Notes under the pieces: model-generated
Database searches by the model: none
Told to the model about the DNA's origin: nothing
What the model saw: the letters and a program-made list of their open reading frames with translations, nothing else
Source: Candidatus Eiseniibacteriota bacterium
GTDB taxonomy: Bacteria; Eisenbacteria; RBG-16-71-46
NCBI GenBank assembly: GCA_041483195.1
Contig: JBGPFC010000031.1
Span: 1 to 48,850, forward strand
Direction of reading: 5' to 3'
DNA length: 48,850 bases
Part shown: one piece after another, positions 10,919-21,250 of the stretch
Layout: each line of letters starts with the position of its first letter
How positions within the stretch are numbered: position 1 is the first letter of the stretch
Program-made: the position numbers and the translations under genes

Positions 10919-11413
10919 ATGCAGGAAATCACGATCCGGCCCGCCACGAAGTCCGACGAGGCGGCGCTCGGTCGATACGGGGGCGCGCTGATGCGCCAGC
11001 ACCACGAACTCGATCCGCGGCGCTTCATCCTCACGGATCGTCCCGAGGCCGGCTACGGGCGCTTCCTGGTGTCCTGTCTCGACGACCCCGACAGCGTCGT
11101 GCTGGTGGCGGAGCGGGCCGGCGAGATCGTCGGCTACGTGTACGCGGGGCTCGAGCCGCTGAGCTGGAAGGAATTGCGTGCGCCGTGCGGCTTCGTGCAC
11201 GACGTCTACGTGGACGCGAGCGTTCGCCACCAGGGCATCGGAGAGCGGCTCGTCCGCTCGGCCATCGCGTGGGCCGGGGCCAAAGAGATGCCGCGCGTCG
11301 TGCTCTCGAGCGCGACGGGGAACGCTGCCGCGCAGCGGCTGTTCGTCCGCCTGGGCTTTCGCCCCACGATGGTCGAGATGACGCTCCATCTCGAAGACTC
11401 CGCGGCGGAGTGA
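10919..11413 (+). CDS. GNAT family N-acetyltransferase
   Basis: GGAGG RBS; ITIRPAT; DVYVDASVRHQGIG; NAAAQRLFVRLGF. Confidence 0.9.
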   Translation: MQEITIRPATKSDEAALGRYGGALMRQHHELDPRRFILTDRPEAGYGRFLVSCLDDPDSVVLVAERAGEIVGYVYAGLEPLSWKELRAPCGFVHDVYVDASVRHQGIGERLVRSAIAWAGAKEMPRVVLSSATGNAAAQRLFVRLGFRPTMVEMTLHLEDSAAE

Positions 11414-11443
11414 GCGGCCGACCCGCCTCGCTTCCGCTGGTTC

Positions 11444-13606
11444 CTATTTCGTGATGGCCTTCTTCACCCGTTCGGGCGTCATGGGCATCTGGAACAATCG
11501 CGCGCCGGTCGCGTCGCAGATGGCGTTCGCGATGGCGGCGCCCACGGGGACGATGGCGGGCTCACCCCCGCCCTGCGGCGAGAGCTCGTCGTTCTTCACC
11601 AGGATGGTCTCGATCTCGGGGAGCCCGGAGAACCGCGGCAGCTCGTAGGTGTCGAAATTCCGGTCCAGGACCTCTCCACCTTTGAAGCGCAGCGTCTCCG
11701 ACAGCGCGTAGCCGAGCCCCATCGTGATACAGCCTTCCATCTGCATCTTCGCGCCGTCGGGATTGATGACCTGGCCCATGTCCTGCGCGCAGACGATGCG
11801 CTTCACCCTGACGCTTCCGCTGGCCTTGTCCACCTCGACCTCTGCGCACAACGCCACGTAGCTTCCCGCATCGATTCCGCAGGCGACGCCGTAGCCGCGA
11901 TGGCCGGGGCCCGCGGCGTGCTTCCAGCCGAATCGATCGGCCGCCGCCTGGAGCACGCCGCGCATTCGCGGGTCGGACGTGTTGTTCATGCGGAACTCCA
12001 GCGGATCGGCCTGCGCCTTCGCGGCCATGATGTCGATCTGTGACTCGCGCGCGAAGACGTTGATGTTCGCGCCCGGGGCACGCCAGGGACCGGTGGCGAA
12101 CGGATGCGCCTGGGTGGAGTCCCGCCCCCACTGGCCGCGCGCGCGAATCAGGCTGTTCGGCACGTCGTAGAATTGCTCGGCGCTCCGCGAGCCGGCGAAG
12201 TAGACGTCGTAGTCCCACAGGACGATCTTGCCGGCGTGGTCGATGCCCGATTTGATCTTGACGACGGCCGCCGGACGGAACGTGTCGTAGAAGAACTCTT
12301 CGGCGCGGGTCCACGTGACCTGCACGGGCCTGCCGACGATTCGCGAGAGCCGCGCCGCCTCGACCGACTGAAGGCTGGCGCTGCTCTTGCCGCCGAATCC
12401 CCCGCCGACGAACGGCACGATGACGCGGACGTCTTCGGGCGCGAGGCCCAACGCTTCCGCGATCTGCTGCTGGTTCGGGAACGGGGTCTGCGTCGCGGCC
12501 CAGACGGTCGCCTTGCCGCCCTCGACGCTGGCGAGTGCGGTGTGGGTCTCCATGGGCGCATGCGCGCCGTACCCGTTCTCGTACCGGTGCTCGAAGAGCG
12601 CGGCCGAAATCTTCTCCCCCTCGGCCAGGTCCCCCTTGCGCTCGCGCTCCTGCGGCGGCGGAGCCACCTGCAGCAGATGATCGAAGATCGTGTCGGTGTC
12701 GACGGTGGACGGAGGCACATCGAACGTGGCCTTGACGGCGGCGATGGCCTTCGCGGCCCCATCGGGATCCGCGTGGAGCACGGCGACCAGGCCGTCCCGA
12801 TTGACCACGGTGACTCCGGGGAGTGCCTCGGCCGCGGAGGTATCCACGCTCTTCAGGGTCGCGCCGTGCGCCGGCGGGCGCAGGATTCTGGCGTAGAGCA
12901 TGCCGGGAACTCGAATGTCGCCGGCGTACTTCGCCTGGCCGGTCACCTTGGCGAGTCCGTCCACGCGCGCGACCGACTTGCCGCTCACGGTGAATTCGGC
13001 GATGGAGCGCAGGTCCGGCTTCCCGGTCAGGTGGCGTGCGATCGCCTTGCCCCTGGCCAGCTGACCGAAGGTCACGCGCTGGTTCTTGTCCCGGGTGAGA
13101 AAGACGACGCCATCTTCCACGGTCAGCGCCTCCTTTGGAGCGTGGAGCTGATCCGACGCCAGCTCGAGCAGAACGGCCCTCGCTTCGGCCGCCGCGCCGC
13201 GGAGCGCTGGCCCGAAGAAGCGCGTGCTCATCGAGCCGAACGTGCCCATGTCCCACGGACAACGCTGGGTATCGCCCATCACCATTTCGATCGATGCCAG
13301 GGCGACGCCAAGTTCCTCGGCGGCCATCTGAGCCAGAGACGTGATCACGCCCTGCCCCATCTCGATCTTCCCGGAGAACACGGTGACGCGGCCGTCCTCG
13401 CCGATGAGCAGATAGGCGTTGAAATCGGCGGGGTAATCCCGCCGCTGCCCCTGAGCCTCCAACAGACCCCACTCACCGATCGAGAAGAAGATGGCGATGC
13501 CGGCGCCGAGCAGCTTCATGAAATCCCGGCGATCGAGCGACAACCGTGGGTTCGAACGATCCGGTGCGTAGAGCTCGTATTCGGCGGCGTTCATGGTCTG
13601 GCTCAT
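11444..13606 (-). CDS. Xanthine-dehydrogenase-family molybdopterin-binding subunit (IorB-like)
   Basis: RRDF Tat-like motif; KIEMGQG; GGGFGGK; WRAPG; GGGEP; ATGA overlap with the upstream gene. Confidence 0.93.
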   Translation of the reverse strand: MSQTMNAAEYELYAPDRSNPRLSLDRRDFMKLLGAGIAIFFSIGEWGLLEAQGQRRDYPADFNAYLLIGEDGRVTVFSGKIEMGQGVITSLAQMAAEELGVALASIEMVMGDTQRCPWDMGTFGSMSTRFFGPALRGAAAEARAVLLELASDQLHAPKEALTVEDGVVFLTRDKNQRVTFGQLARGKAIARHLTGKPDLRSIAEFTVSGKSVARVDGLAKVTGQAKYAGDIRVPGMLYARILRPPAHGATLKSVDTSAAEALPGVTVVNRDGLVAVLHADPDGAAKAIAAVKATFDVPPSTVDTDTIFDHLLQVAPPPQERERKGDLAEGEKISAALFEHRYENGYGAHAPMETHTALASVEGGKATVWAATQTPFPNQQQIAEALGLAPEDVRVIVPFVGGGFGGKSSASLQSVEAARLSRIVGRPVQVTWTRAEEFFYDTFRPAAVVKIKSGIDHAGKIVLWDYDVYFAGSRSAEQFYDVPNSLIRARGQWGRDSTQAHPFATGPWRAPGANINVFARESQIDIMAAKAQADPLEFRMNNTSDPRMRGVLQAAADRFGWKHAAGPGHRGYGVACGIDAGSYVALCAEVEVDKASGSVRVKRIVCAQDMGQVINPDGAKMQMEGCITMGLGYALSETLRFKGGEVLDRNFDTYELPRFSGLPEIETILVKNDELSPQGGGEPAIVPVGAAIANAICDATGARLFQMPMTPERVKKAITK

Positions 13607-14067
13607 TTTGTTCCTGCCACTTCTTCGATGGCCTGGAGAATTCGCTTGTGGGCGGCGCACCGGCACAGGTTGTTGTCCATGCGCGACACGATCTGATCGC
13701 GAGTGGGCTTCGGATTCTGGAGCAGCATCCCGTAGGCGTTCATGATCATGCCGGAGGTGCAGAATCCGCACTGCATTCCCCCGTGCTCGATGAACTTCTC
13801 CTGGAGCGGATGGAGCTTGCCGTCTTGCGCCAGCCCTTCGATCGTCGTGACCTCTTTGCCGCGCACATCCGCCATCGCCAGCCGGCACGAGCGCAGCGGC
13901 TCATCGTTCACGACGACGGTGCACGCGCCGCACAGGCTCTCCCCGCAGCCGAACTTCGTGCCGGTGAGTCCCAGTTCTCCGCGAAGGACCCACAGGAGCT
14001 TCCGCTCGCCATCAACGTTCAGGCTCGTGGGCTTGCCGTTCAGCTTGAATCCGATGGTCTCCATCAT
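13603..14067 (-). CDS. (2Fe-2S)-binding small subunit (IorA/CoxS-like)
   Basis: GTKFGCGESLCGACTV; QCGFC; NLCRC. Confidence 0.95.
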   Translation of the reverse strand: MMETIGFKLNGKPTSLNVDGERKLLWVLRGELGLTGTKFGCGESLCGACTVVVNDEPLRSCRLAMADVRGKEVTTIEGLAQDGKLHPLQEKFIEHGGMQCGFCTSGMIMNAYGMLLQNPKPTRDQIVSRMDNNLCRCAAHKRILQAIEEVAGTK

Positions 14068-14455
14068 GGCTTTCTCACCCGGCGGAGGACTACCTCGGCC
14101 GCGATCGAGAGAAATGGGACGTTCGAGAGGGTTGAAGGAGTCTACGCGCGTGCGGACGCCCCGCTCCAGCGATTTCACCGGCTCGGGCCGCGGCCGCCAC
14201 GGAGCGGGGTGGTCCCGGCCCGGATGATGGCGGGCGGACCGTTCTCCTCAGCACTCGCAGAGACTGGCATCGTGAGCAGAGTCGGCGTTGGGGGGAGGGT
14301 CACGAGCGAGAGCCGCAAAGCTCGCGCCTCGACCCTAGCCGAGCCGCACAGATTTCCCGGCAGCCGGATGATTCCGAATCCGACCGTGGCCACTCCCACG
14401 AGAACGAGCGCGTGGCCGTTTCCGCGCCGGCGGGCGTGCATGTAATCTGCCCCGC

Positions 14456-16285
14456 GTGACGAGCACCGAGTCGCCAGCGCCCCCCACCAGTCCCCCGGGC
14501 TCGAACGTGCCATCGCTCGCGTTGTGGCGCGCGACACTGACCACCCGCACCGCCCGGGTGCTGGCCGTGAGCGGCGGTCTCGCGCTGCTGCTCGTGGTCG
14601 CATCCTTCCTGCCGCGCTCCGCGCCCGCTTACGTGTGGATCGTCGTCGGCCTCTACGGGCTCGGGCTCTCCGGCATGTGGATCACACGGCGCTCGCCGCG
14701 GCTGCGCGCGGTCGTCATGCTGGCGCCGTTCGTGCTCATCGCCCCCTTCCTTTTCGCGGGGATCGGCATCTCGGCTTCCGCGTTCCTCGGACTCACGATG
14801 GCCTCTGTGCTCGCGGGGGTGCTGGTGGGACCGCGCGCAGCTGTGGCGTTCATCGTGGCATCGCTGCTCGCGATCACGATCACGGCCGCCCTCCTGGTCG
14901 GCGGCATCCGTCCGCTCGGCCCGCCGATCCCGGCCGATCCGCTGCAGCCGCAGACCTGGATCCGAATGGCGTTGCTGTGGCTGGCCCTGACTTCGTGGAT
15001 CGTGTTCACGGTCACGTGGCTCACGTCGCGCTTCGAGGCGAGCCTGCGCGCCAAGGACGAGGCGCTCGAACGCCTGCGGGCCGAAGAAGCCCAGCGGCTC
15101 GAGGCCGAGCGGCGCCACCACCAGGCCGAGATGGCGCTGATCGAGTCTCAGAAGCGCGAGTCGATTGGGCGCCTCGCGGGCGGAATCGCGCACGATTTCA
15201 ACAACTCGCTGCTCGTGATCATGGGCTGGAACGAGATGCTGAGAGACGGCGCGCTCGACGAGGAAGAGCGCCGCAAGGGCCATGCGGCGATCGCCACCGC
15301 GAGCGACGGTGCGGCGCAGCTTGCGCGCCACCTGCTCACGATCGGCCGGCGACAGGTGGCGATCCCGGCGCCGACACCGCTCGGCCCGCTGGTGCAGGAA
15401 GCCGTGCGCCAACTGGAGCGCCTGCTGCCCGAGGACATCGCGGTGCGGGTCGAGCTCGAGGAGGTGTCGCCGGTGGTGGTGGATCGGGCGCAGATGCACC
15501 AGGTGCTGCTGAACCTGGCGCTCAACGCTCGCGACGCGATGCCGCGCGGCGGCACGCTCGCGATGTCGCTGCGGCCCGCGCCAGCGCCGGCGGTGGCGGA
15601 CCTCGCTTCGGGGGCGCGGTGGGTCGAATTGGTCGTGAGCGATGACGGCGTCGGGATGGACGAGGCAACGCTCGCCCACGCGCTCGAGCCCTACTACACG
15701 ACCAAGGCCGAGGGGCGCGGCACCGGCCTGGGACTCGCGACCTCGCATGCGATCGTGGTCGCGGCGAAAGGCCGCATCGGCATCACGAGCAAGCCGGGGC
15801 ACGGCACCCGCGTGACGATCCACCTGCCGGTGGGCGCCGCGACCCCGGCGTCGGAGACGGCGGTCCGCGTGAGCCCGGTGGCCAGCGCGGTGCCCGGGGC
15901 ACGGGTGGCGGTGGTCGAGGACGACGATGCCGCGCGCGCGCTGATGGTGATGGAGCTGCGCTCGGGCGGGTACGAGGTGCTCGAGGCGCGCGACGGCAAT
16001 GCGGCGTTGGAGCTACTGGATCGGCATCCGGATTCGATCGACCTGCTCTGCATTGACGGAGTCCTGCCGGGTGCCCCCGTCGAGCGCGTGGTTGATGCGT
16101 TCCGGCGCGCCCTCCCGGACCGCCCGGTGCTGGTGTGCTCGGGCCACGTGGGCTCCGAGCGCCTGAGGCACCTGATCGAGCACGGGCAGCTGCCGCTGCT
16201 CGCCAAGCCGTTCACCGGGCGCGAGCTGCTCTCGCGGGTCGGCGAGCTGTTGCGTGCCGGCGCTCCGGTGGCATCAGGCGGCTGA
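14456..16285 (+). CDS. Membrane hybrid sensor histidine kinase / receiver
   Basis: N-terminal TM helices; AHDFNN H-box; NARDAM; DDGVGM; GTGLGL; C-terminal receiver ending LAKPF. Confidence 0.93.
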   Translation: MTSTESPAPPTSPPGSNVPSLALWRATLTTRTARVLAVSGGLALLLVVASFLPRSAPAYVWIVVGLYGLGLSGMWITRRSPRLRAVVMLAPFVLIAPFLFAGIGISASAFLGLTMASVLAGVLVGPRAAVAFIVASLLAITITAALLVGGIRPLGPPIPADPLQPQTWIRMALLWLALTSWIVFTVTWLTSRFEASLRAKDEALERLRAEEAQRLEAERRHHQAEMALIESQKRESIGRLAGGIAHDFNNSLLVIMGWNEMLRDGALDEEERRKGHAAIATASDGAAQLARHLLTIGRRQVAIPAPTPLGPLVQEAVRQLERLLPEDIAVRVELEEVSPVVVDRAQMHQVLLNLALNARDAMPRGGTLAMSLRPAPAPAVADLASGARWVELVVSDDGVGMDEATLAHALEPYYTTKAEGRGTGLGLATSHAIVVAAKGRIGITSKPGHGTRVTIHLPVGAATPASETAVRVSPVASAVPGARVAVVEDDDAARALMVMELRSGGYEVLEARDGNAALELLDRHPDSIDLLCIDGVLPGAPVERVVDAFRRALPDRPVLVCSGHVGSERLRHLIEHGQLPLLAKPFTGRELLSRVGELLRAGAPVASGG

Positions 16286-16341
16286 GCGATTGCCCGGCAG
16301 CTCGCCCGGCCCGCGACGCCATAGACCCTCCGATCGCGCTA

Positions 16342-19017
16342 TCACTTCTTCTCGAGCAACTGCGTCCAGCCCAGCACCACCTCGAGCCGCGTCAGCGAAG
16401 ACAGGTCCTTCGGTGTCGCCGTGAGGAAACGCTGCTCCCCTCGTTCAGTGTCCACGAAGTATTCGCCGGGAGGAAGTTGGAACAATCGGGTGGTGGCGCC
16501 CTGCCGAAAGCCGTCGGTGGTCGAGACCTGCACCGACAGGACCGCGCCCCGATTGTCGCCGATCAACAGCGCGTCGCCACGTTCGGTCCAGCCACCGCCC
16601 GCGGCGCTCGGTAGCGCGACCTGGTACTTCGCACCCGGATTCGGGAAGGACTGCACGTAGAACCCGGGTTTACCGTCGTCGTCGGCCGCGTACGCCACCC
16701 ATCGGCCGTCAGGCGAGAGCGACGCGTTTCGCTCCTGTGCCCGCGTCCGCTGATAAATCTCCGCGACTCCCGGGCCGCTCATCGGAATTCGCCACAGGTC
16801 GAAGTTGCCGGACGAATCCGCCGATGTCGCGACCAGCCACCGGCCGTCTCGCGACCAACTCTGCGGGAAATTGAACAATCCCGCTCCATGGAACACGAGC
16901 GAATCCGGGCCGGTGCCGTCCGCCGCCTTCACGTGAATCTCCCACCCACGCGCGCCGAACAGTCTCGAGAAGGCAATGCTTCGCCCGTCGAAGGACCACA
17001 CGGTGTTGCTCACCCGCTGGTTCTCGAAGGTGAGCCGGGTCGAGACGCCGCTCGCCAGGTCCAGCACGTAGAGGTCGTGCGGGTTCGAGCCGTCGTACGC
17101 GAGTCGGCGCCCGTCCGGGCTCAGGGCCGCGGCGTCGCCGTCGAAATCATCCACCGCGACGGATGCTGCCGCGCCACGCCGGTCCCGCCACTCCAGGCGG
17201 GCGTGCGCATCGCTCCAGTGCTGAACCACCAGCGTGCCGCGATCGTTCGCCGCGACGTTCGCATAGCCGAAGTTGTTCGCGTTCACGTCATCAATCACCA
17301 GCTCTGGATCCCCATTGGCGCGCAGCTTCGCCGCGTCGAACCGCCGCGCCAGCAGGCGCCGCTGCGGCGAGTTCACCCCGGTGTCGAGATAGAGCAGGTA
17401 TCCGGGCGGCACGAAGCGTGCGCCAGAGCCCGCCCTGCACACTTCGACCGCCGCGCCGCCGTCCAACGAGGCCGCGAAGGTGGACTGCTCTTCACCCGAG
17501 CCGATCCCCACGTACAGAAAGTGACGGCCATCGGGCAGGAACTGTGGATAGCGGTGGCCCAGCTCGTGACGCGCCGCATCGAGCTTCGTCACGGGGGTGG
17601 GCACGCCTCCGTTCGCCGACACGCGCACGATCGAGCCCTGATTGTTCGGAGCGAACAGGATCGCGCCCGCCGGCGACCATGCCCCACCGCGCGGATCGGG
17701 GGCGTCGCAGAGCACGAGCGGCGGGCTGCCGTCGAGCGGCACCTTCCTGAGCTTCCCTCCCGCGAAGAACCCGATCATCCGGCTGTCGGGAGACCAGAAC
17801 GGCAGCGAACAGTGCTCGGTGCCCGGCAACACGCGGGCCTCGGGGCTCGCGAGCGGGCGCACGTAGATGTGGCTGGTGCCGCTGCTGTCAGACGCGCCGA
17901 ATGCGAGGACATTCCCGTCGGGCGACAGCTCCGCCTCTGCGGGCTGATCCAGCGTGGTGCCCTGCGGAGCCGCGAGCATGAAGCGAACGAGCGGGGTCGG
18001 CGGGCGGTGCGCGCTCCACGGCCCGAATGCATAAACGAGCGATGCAAACGCGATCGCCGCGCCCGCGAACAACCCGAGCCCGCCGCGTGGCGCCGCGGGC
18101 CGCCGCGCGCCCACTGCTTGCGCGCCGCTCTGAGAGGAGCCGCCTGTGATCCACTCGAGCTCGCGCCGCACGTCGCCCGCCGACTGCCATCGCTCGTCCG
18201 GATCCTTCGCGAGGCACTGCTTCACGAGCCGGTCGAGCGCGGGCGGCGACATCGGCGCCAGCTCGCTCAGCGCCCGCGGCTCGTCCTTCATGATCGAGGA
18301 GATCAACGAGGCCTGGCTCTTGCCCTCGAACGCACGCTTCGAGGTCACCATTTCGTACAGCACGCAGCCCAACCCCCAGAGGTCGCTGCGCGCGTCGGCC
18401 TCCTTGCCCTCCAGCTGCTCGGGCGACATGTACTGGAACGTGCCGACGATCGTGCCCTCTGCGGTCAGCGGCTGCGCGATCGTCGGCGACTGGGTCATCG
18501 CGGCCTGCGTGATGCCGCTCCCGCCCGCCGGCCCGGCCAGGCCGGTTGCGCGCGCGAGGCCAAAGTCCATCAGCTTCGCGCCCGACTTGGTCAGCATCAC
18601 GTTGCCGGGTTTCAGATCGCGATGCACCACCCCCGCGCGGTGCGCGCGGTCCAGCGCATCAGCGACCTGCGCCCCGAGCTTCAGCGCCTCGGCGGCGGGC
18701 AGCGCGCCACGCGTGAGCCGCTGCGCGAGCGTCTCGCCCTCGACCAGCTCCATCACGAGGTAGTCGGTCTCGGCCTCGCGCCCCACGTCGAACAGCGTGC
18801 AGATGTGCGGATGGTTCAGCGACGAGACGGTCTTCGCCTCCCGCTCGAACCGGGCGCGCACTTCGGGGCTCTGCGACAGGTGCTGGGGCAGCACCTTGAC
18901 CGCGACCTCGCGCCCGAGCCGCGAGTCGCGAGCGCGATACACCTCGCCCATACCGCCCGCGCCGAGCGGCGAGACGATCTCGTATGGGCCGAGGCGGGTG
19001 CCGGATGAGAGGGGCAT
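16342..19017 (-). CDS. Hanks-type Ser/Thr kinase with TM segment and TolB/PD40-like beta-propeller
   Basis: GAGGMGEVY, HRDLKPGN, DFGLA, YMSPEQ; repeated SPDG motifs in the C-terminal half. Confidence 0.95.
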   Translation of the reverse strand: MPLSSGTRLGPYEIVSPLGAGGMGEVYRARDSRLGREVAVKVLPQHLSQSPEVRARFEREAKTVSSLNHPHICTLFDVGREAETDYLVMELVEGETLAQRLTRGALPAAEALKLGAQVADALDRAHRAGVVHRDLKPGNVMLTKSGAKLMDFGLARATGLAGPAGGSGITQAAMTQSPTIAQPLTAEGTIVGTFQYMSPEQLEGKEADARSDLWGLGCVLYEMVTSKRAFEGKSQASLISSIMKDEPRALSELAPMSPPALDRLVKQCLAKDPDERWQSAGDVRRELEWITGGSSQSGAQAVGARRPAAPRGGLGLFAGAAIAFASLVYAFGPWSAHRPPTPLVRFMLAAPQGTTLDQPAEAELSPDGNVLAFGASDSSGTSHIYVRPLASPEARVLPGTEHCSLPFWSPDSRMIGFFAGGKLRKVPLDGSPPLVLCDAPDPRGGAWSPAGAILFAPNNQGSIVRVSANGGVPTPVTKLDAARHELGHRYPQFLPDGRHFLYVGIGSGEEQSTFAASLDGGAAVEVCRAGSGARFVPPGYLLYLDTGVNSPQRRLLARRFDAAKLRANGDPELVIDDVNANNFGYANVAANDRGTLVVQHWSDAHARLEWRDRRGAAASVAVDDFDGDAAALSPDGRRLAYDGSNPHDLYVLDLASGVSTRLTFENQRVSNTVWSFDGRSIAFSRLFGARGWEIHVKAADGTGPDSLVFHGAGLFNFPQSWSRDGRWLVATSADSSGNFDLWRIPMSGPGVAEIYQRTRAQERNASLSPDGRWVAYAADDDGKPGFYVQSFPNPGAKYQVALPSAAGGGWTERGDALLIGDNRGAVLSVQVSTTDGFRQGATTRLFQLPPGEYFVDTERGEQRFLTATPKDLSSLTRLEVVLGWTQLLEKK

Positions 19018-19100
19018 CCGCGCAATCTAGCTCAGGAGCACTCCATGCCGCACCTCTCCCGTCTTCGGGAGTCGGTGCGGCATGGGACGGCTCGGGCTGA

Positions 19101-21158
19101 CTACCTGAGGAGCATCATCTTCATGGCCTGCCGGAATCCGCCCGATTCGATCCGGCAGTAGTACACACCCGGCGCAGCACCCTGGCCGCGATCGTCGCGA
19201 CCGTCCCAGCTCACCCGATGCACGCCCGGCTCGAACAGACGATCCGCGAGCGATCGCACCTGCTTTCCGGCCACGTCGTAGATGCTGACCCGAACCTCCG
19301 CCCCGCTCCGGGGCACATCGAAGGCGATCGTGGTCGTCGGCTTGAACGGGTTGGGGAAATTCTGGTGGAGCGCCAGCCGTGCGGGAATCGGAGCGTCGCC
19401 GATGCCCGTGACGCTGACCGCTCCGATCACGAAGGGCGACAGGCTCGTGGTCACGCCGCAGACCTTGTTCAGGCCCGTGTCCAGCGAGGTCGTGATGTCG
19501 GCCCAGCTGTGCAGCGTCGTGTCGTAGTGGAGCAGCCGCACCGCGGACTCCGCCACGGCCAGGCCCGACTCGTCGTAGGTGATGCACACTTCGACGCCCC
19601 CGCTGAACGTCGCGGTCGTCGAAATGTCGTAGTACTTGCCATCGCCCGGGGTGAACGTCCCCGGCAGGACCGGTCCACTCGGGCCGGTCACGAGCGACGT
19701 GCTTCCGTTGCCCACGCCGTCGAAGGTGACCGTGACGGGAGTGCCGCCGGTCGTGGCGTCGGTGGGGGACACGACGACGTTCGCGCCGGCGGGCGTGTTG
19801 CCGTTAGCGATCGAGGCGTAGATTCCCGCTTCGCTGTTTCGGTAGTCCTGCCATGCGGCGAGCGCTCCCTGCGAACCGTCCGCGACCATCTGCAGCTGGC
19901 TCGGGCCGGCCGCGATGGTGCAGACCGGGAGTCCGGCCGGCGCCCACTGGAGCGAGCCGTCGGCAGCGAGACGCTGGGCACGGAGATAATTGCCGTCCTC
20001 CACCCACCCGACGACCGCGCCCCCCACGCCGTCCGGGACGATCGCCAGACGATCCACGGCGCCGGTGGAGACGGCGATGCCGTTCGCCATCCACTGCGCG
20101 CTCCCGGCCGCGTTCACGCGCTGGCCGTAGAGGATGGGGGTGACGCCGTCCCGGTAGTCGGCCCACACGACGATCGCGCCCCCCGCGCCGTCCGAGGCGA
20201 TTGTCGGATCCAACTGGAGGCCCGGGTCGGAACAGATCGCGACGCCGTTGGACGTCCACACGGCACCGGTGAAATGCACCCGCTGGGCGTAGATGTCGGG
20301 GTAGCCGCTGCCGCTTCGATTGTCGTCCCACGTGACGATCGCGTCCCCGGCGCCGTCCGTTGCGACCTTCGGAGCGTACTGCCAGTCCGCTGCGTTGCAG
20401 ACCGCGATGCCGTCGGGCGTCCACGTCAGCAAGCCGGTGGCGCTCACCCGCTGGAGGTAGATGTCGGCGTCATCGCCTCGATAGTCCTCCCACGTGACGA
20501 ATGCGCCCCCCGCGCCGTCCGGGATCATCGTGAAATTCGTCTGGTCGTTCGCCGAGGCGGTGAGGGGGACTCCGTCGGCAGTCCATTGCGGAACCCCGGA
20601 GGCGTTCACCCGTCGGGCATAGATGTCGGAGGTGGGGGCGCTCCGGTGGTCCTCCCACGCGACGATCGCTCCCCCGGCACCATCCGGGACGATCTTGGGA
20701 ACGTACTGGTTATCCGCGTCGGTGCAGATCGCGACCCCGTCGGCCGTCCATTGCGGAACTCCCGAGGCGTTCACCCGCCGGGCGTAGATGTCGGAGCTGC
20801 CGTTTCGATAGTCGGACCACGTGATGATCGCTCCGCCCGAGCCGTCCGATGCGATGGCCGGATCGAACTGGTGGGCCGATTCAGTGCAGAGGGCGACCCC
20901 GTTGGCCGCCCACATTGGAACTCCCGCGGCGCTGATCCGCTGGGCGAAGATGTCGCCGCTCCCGTTTCGATAGTCGAACCACGTGATGATCGCCCCGCCC
21001 GCGCCGTCCGAGACCATCCTGGGATTACGGTCCCCTCCGTCCCCCCCGTCCGCGTTGGTGCAGACGTCCACCCCGTCGGGCTGCCATTCGGCCATCGCGC
21101 TGGAAGCAAGACCGGAAGCGAAGACGACGAGGAGCACGAAGCCAAGCCGGTGCCACAT
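19101..21158 (-). CDS. Secreted repeat (beta-propeller-like) protein with C-terminal FlgD-Ig/T9SS-type domain
   Basis: AGGAG RBS before ATG 21158; signal peptide; eight DGAGGAIxxW repeats; QNFPNPF...WDGRDDRG...GVYY C-terminus. Confidence 0.88.
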   Translation of the reverse strand: MWHRLGFVLLVVFASGLASSAMAEWQPDGVDVCTNADGGDGGDRNPRMVSDGAGGAIITWFDYRNGSGDIFAQRISAAGVPMWAANGVALCTESAHQFDPAIASDGSGGAIITWSDYRNGSSDIYARRVNASGVPQWTADGVAICTDADNQYVPKIVPDGAGGAIVAWEDHRSAPTSDIYARRVNASGVPQWTADGVPLTASANDQTNFTMIPDGAGGAFVTWEDYRGDDADIYLQRVSATGLLTWTPDGIAVCNAADWQYAPKVATDGAGDAIVTWDDNRSGSGYPDIYAQRVHFTGAVWTSNGVAICSDPGLQLDPTIASDGAGGAIVVWADYRDGVTPILYGQRVNAAGSAQWMANGIAVSTGAVDRLAIVPDGVGGAVVGWVEDGNYLRAQRLAADGSLQWAPAGLPVCTIAAGPSQLQMVADGSQGALAAWQDYRNSEAGIYASIANGNTPAGANVVVSPTDATTGGTPVTVTFDGVGNGSTSLVTGPSGPVLPGTFTPGDGKYYDISTTATFSGGVEVCITYDESGLAVAESAVRLLHYDTTLHSWADITTSLDTGLNKVCGVTTSLSPFVIGAVSVTGIGDAPIPARLALHQNFPNPFKPTTTIAFDVPRSGAEVRVSIYDVAGKQVRSLADRLFEPGVHRVSWDGRDDRGQGAAPGVYYCRIESGGFRQAMKMMLLR
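19815..21085 (-). repeat. Eight ~60-aa intragenic repeats
   Basis: Unit approximately WxxDGVxxC...DGAGGAIxxWxDYR..DIYAxRV, recurring about every 180-186 nt; boundaries approximate. Confidence 0.85.
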
Positions 21159-21250
21159 GACCGATCTCCTGGGTGTTGGTCCGGATGCGAAGCTCATCGA
21201 GAGAGTCGCGACCAGGGCCGGGGCGGACTCGAATTCCAGTCCGCTCCTTC

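Noticed and set aside
14068..14455. Moco riboswitch or small gene (14175-14603) upstream of the Mo-enzyme
   Set aside because: No recognisable consensus, and the ORF has no motif and overlaps the kinase gene
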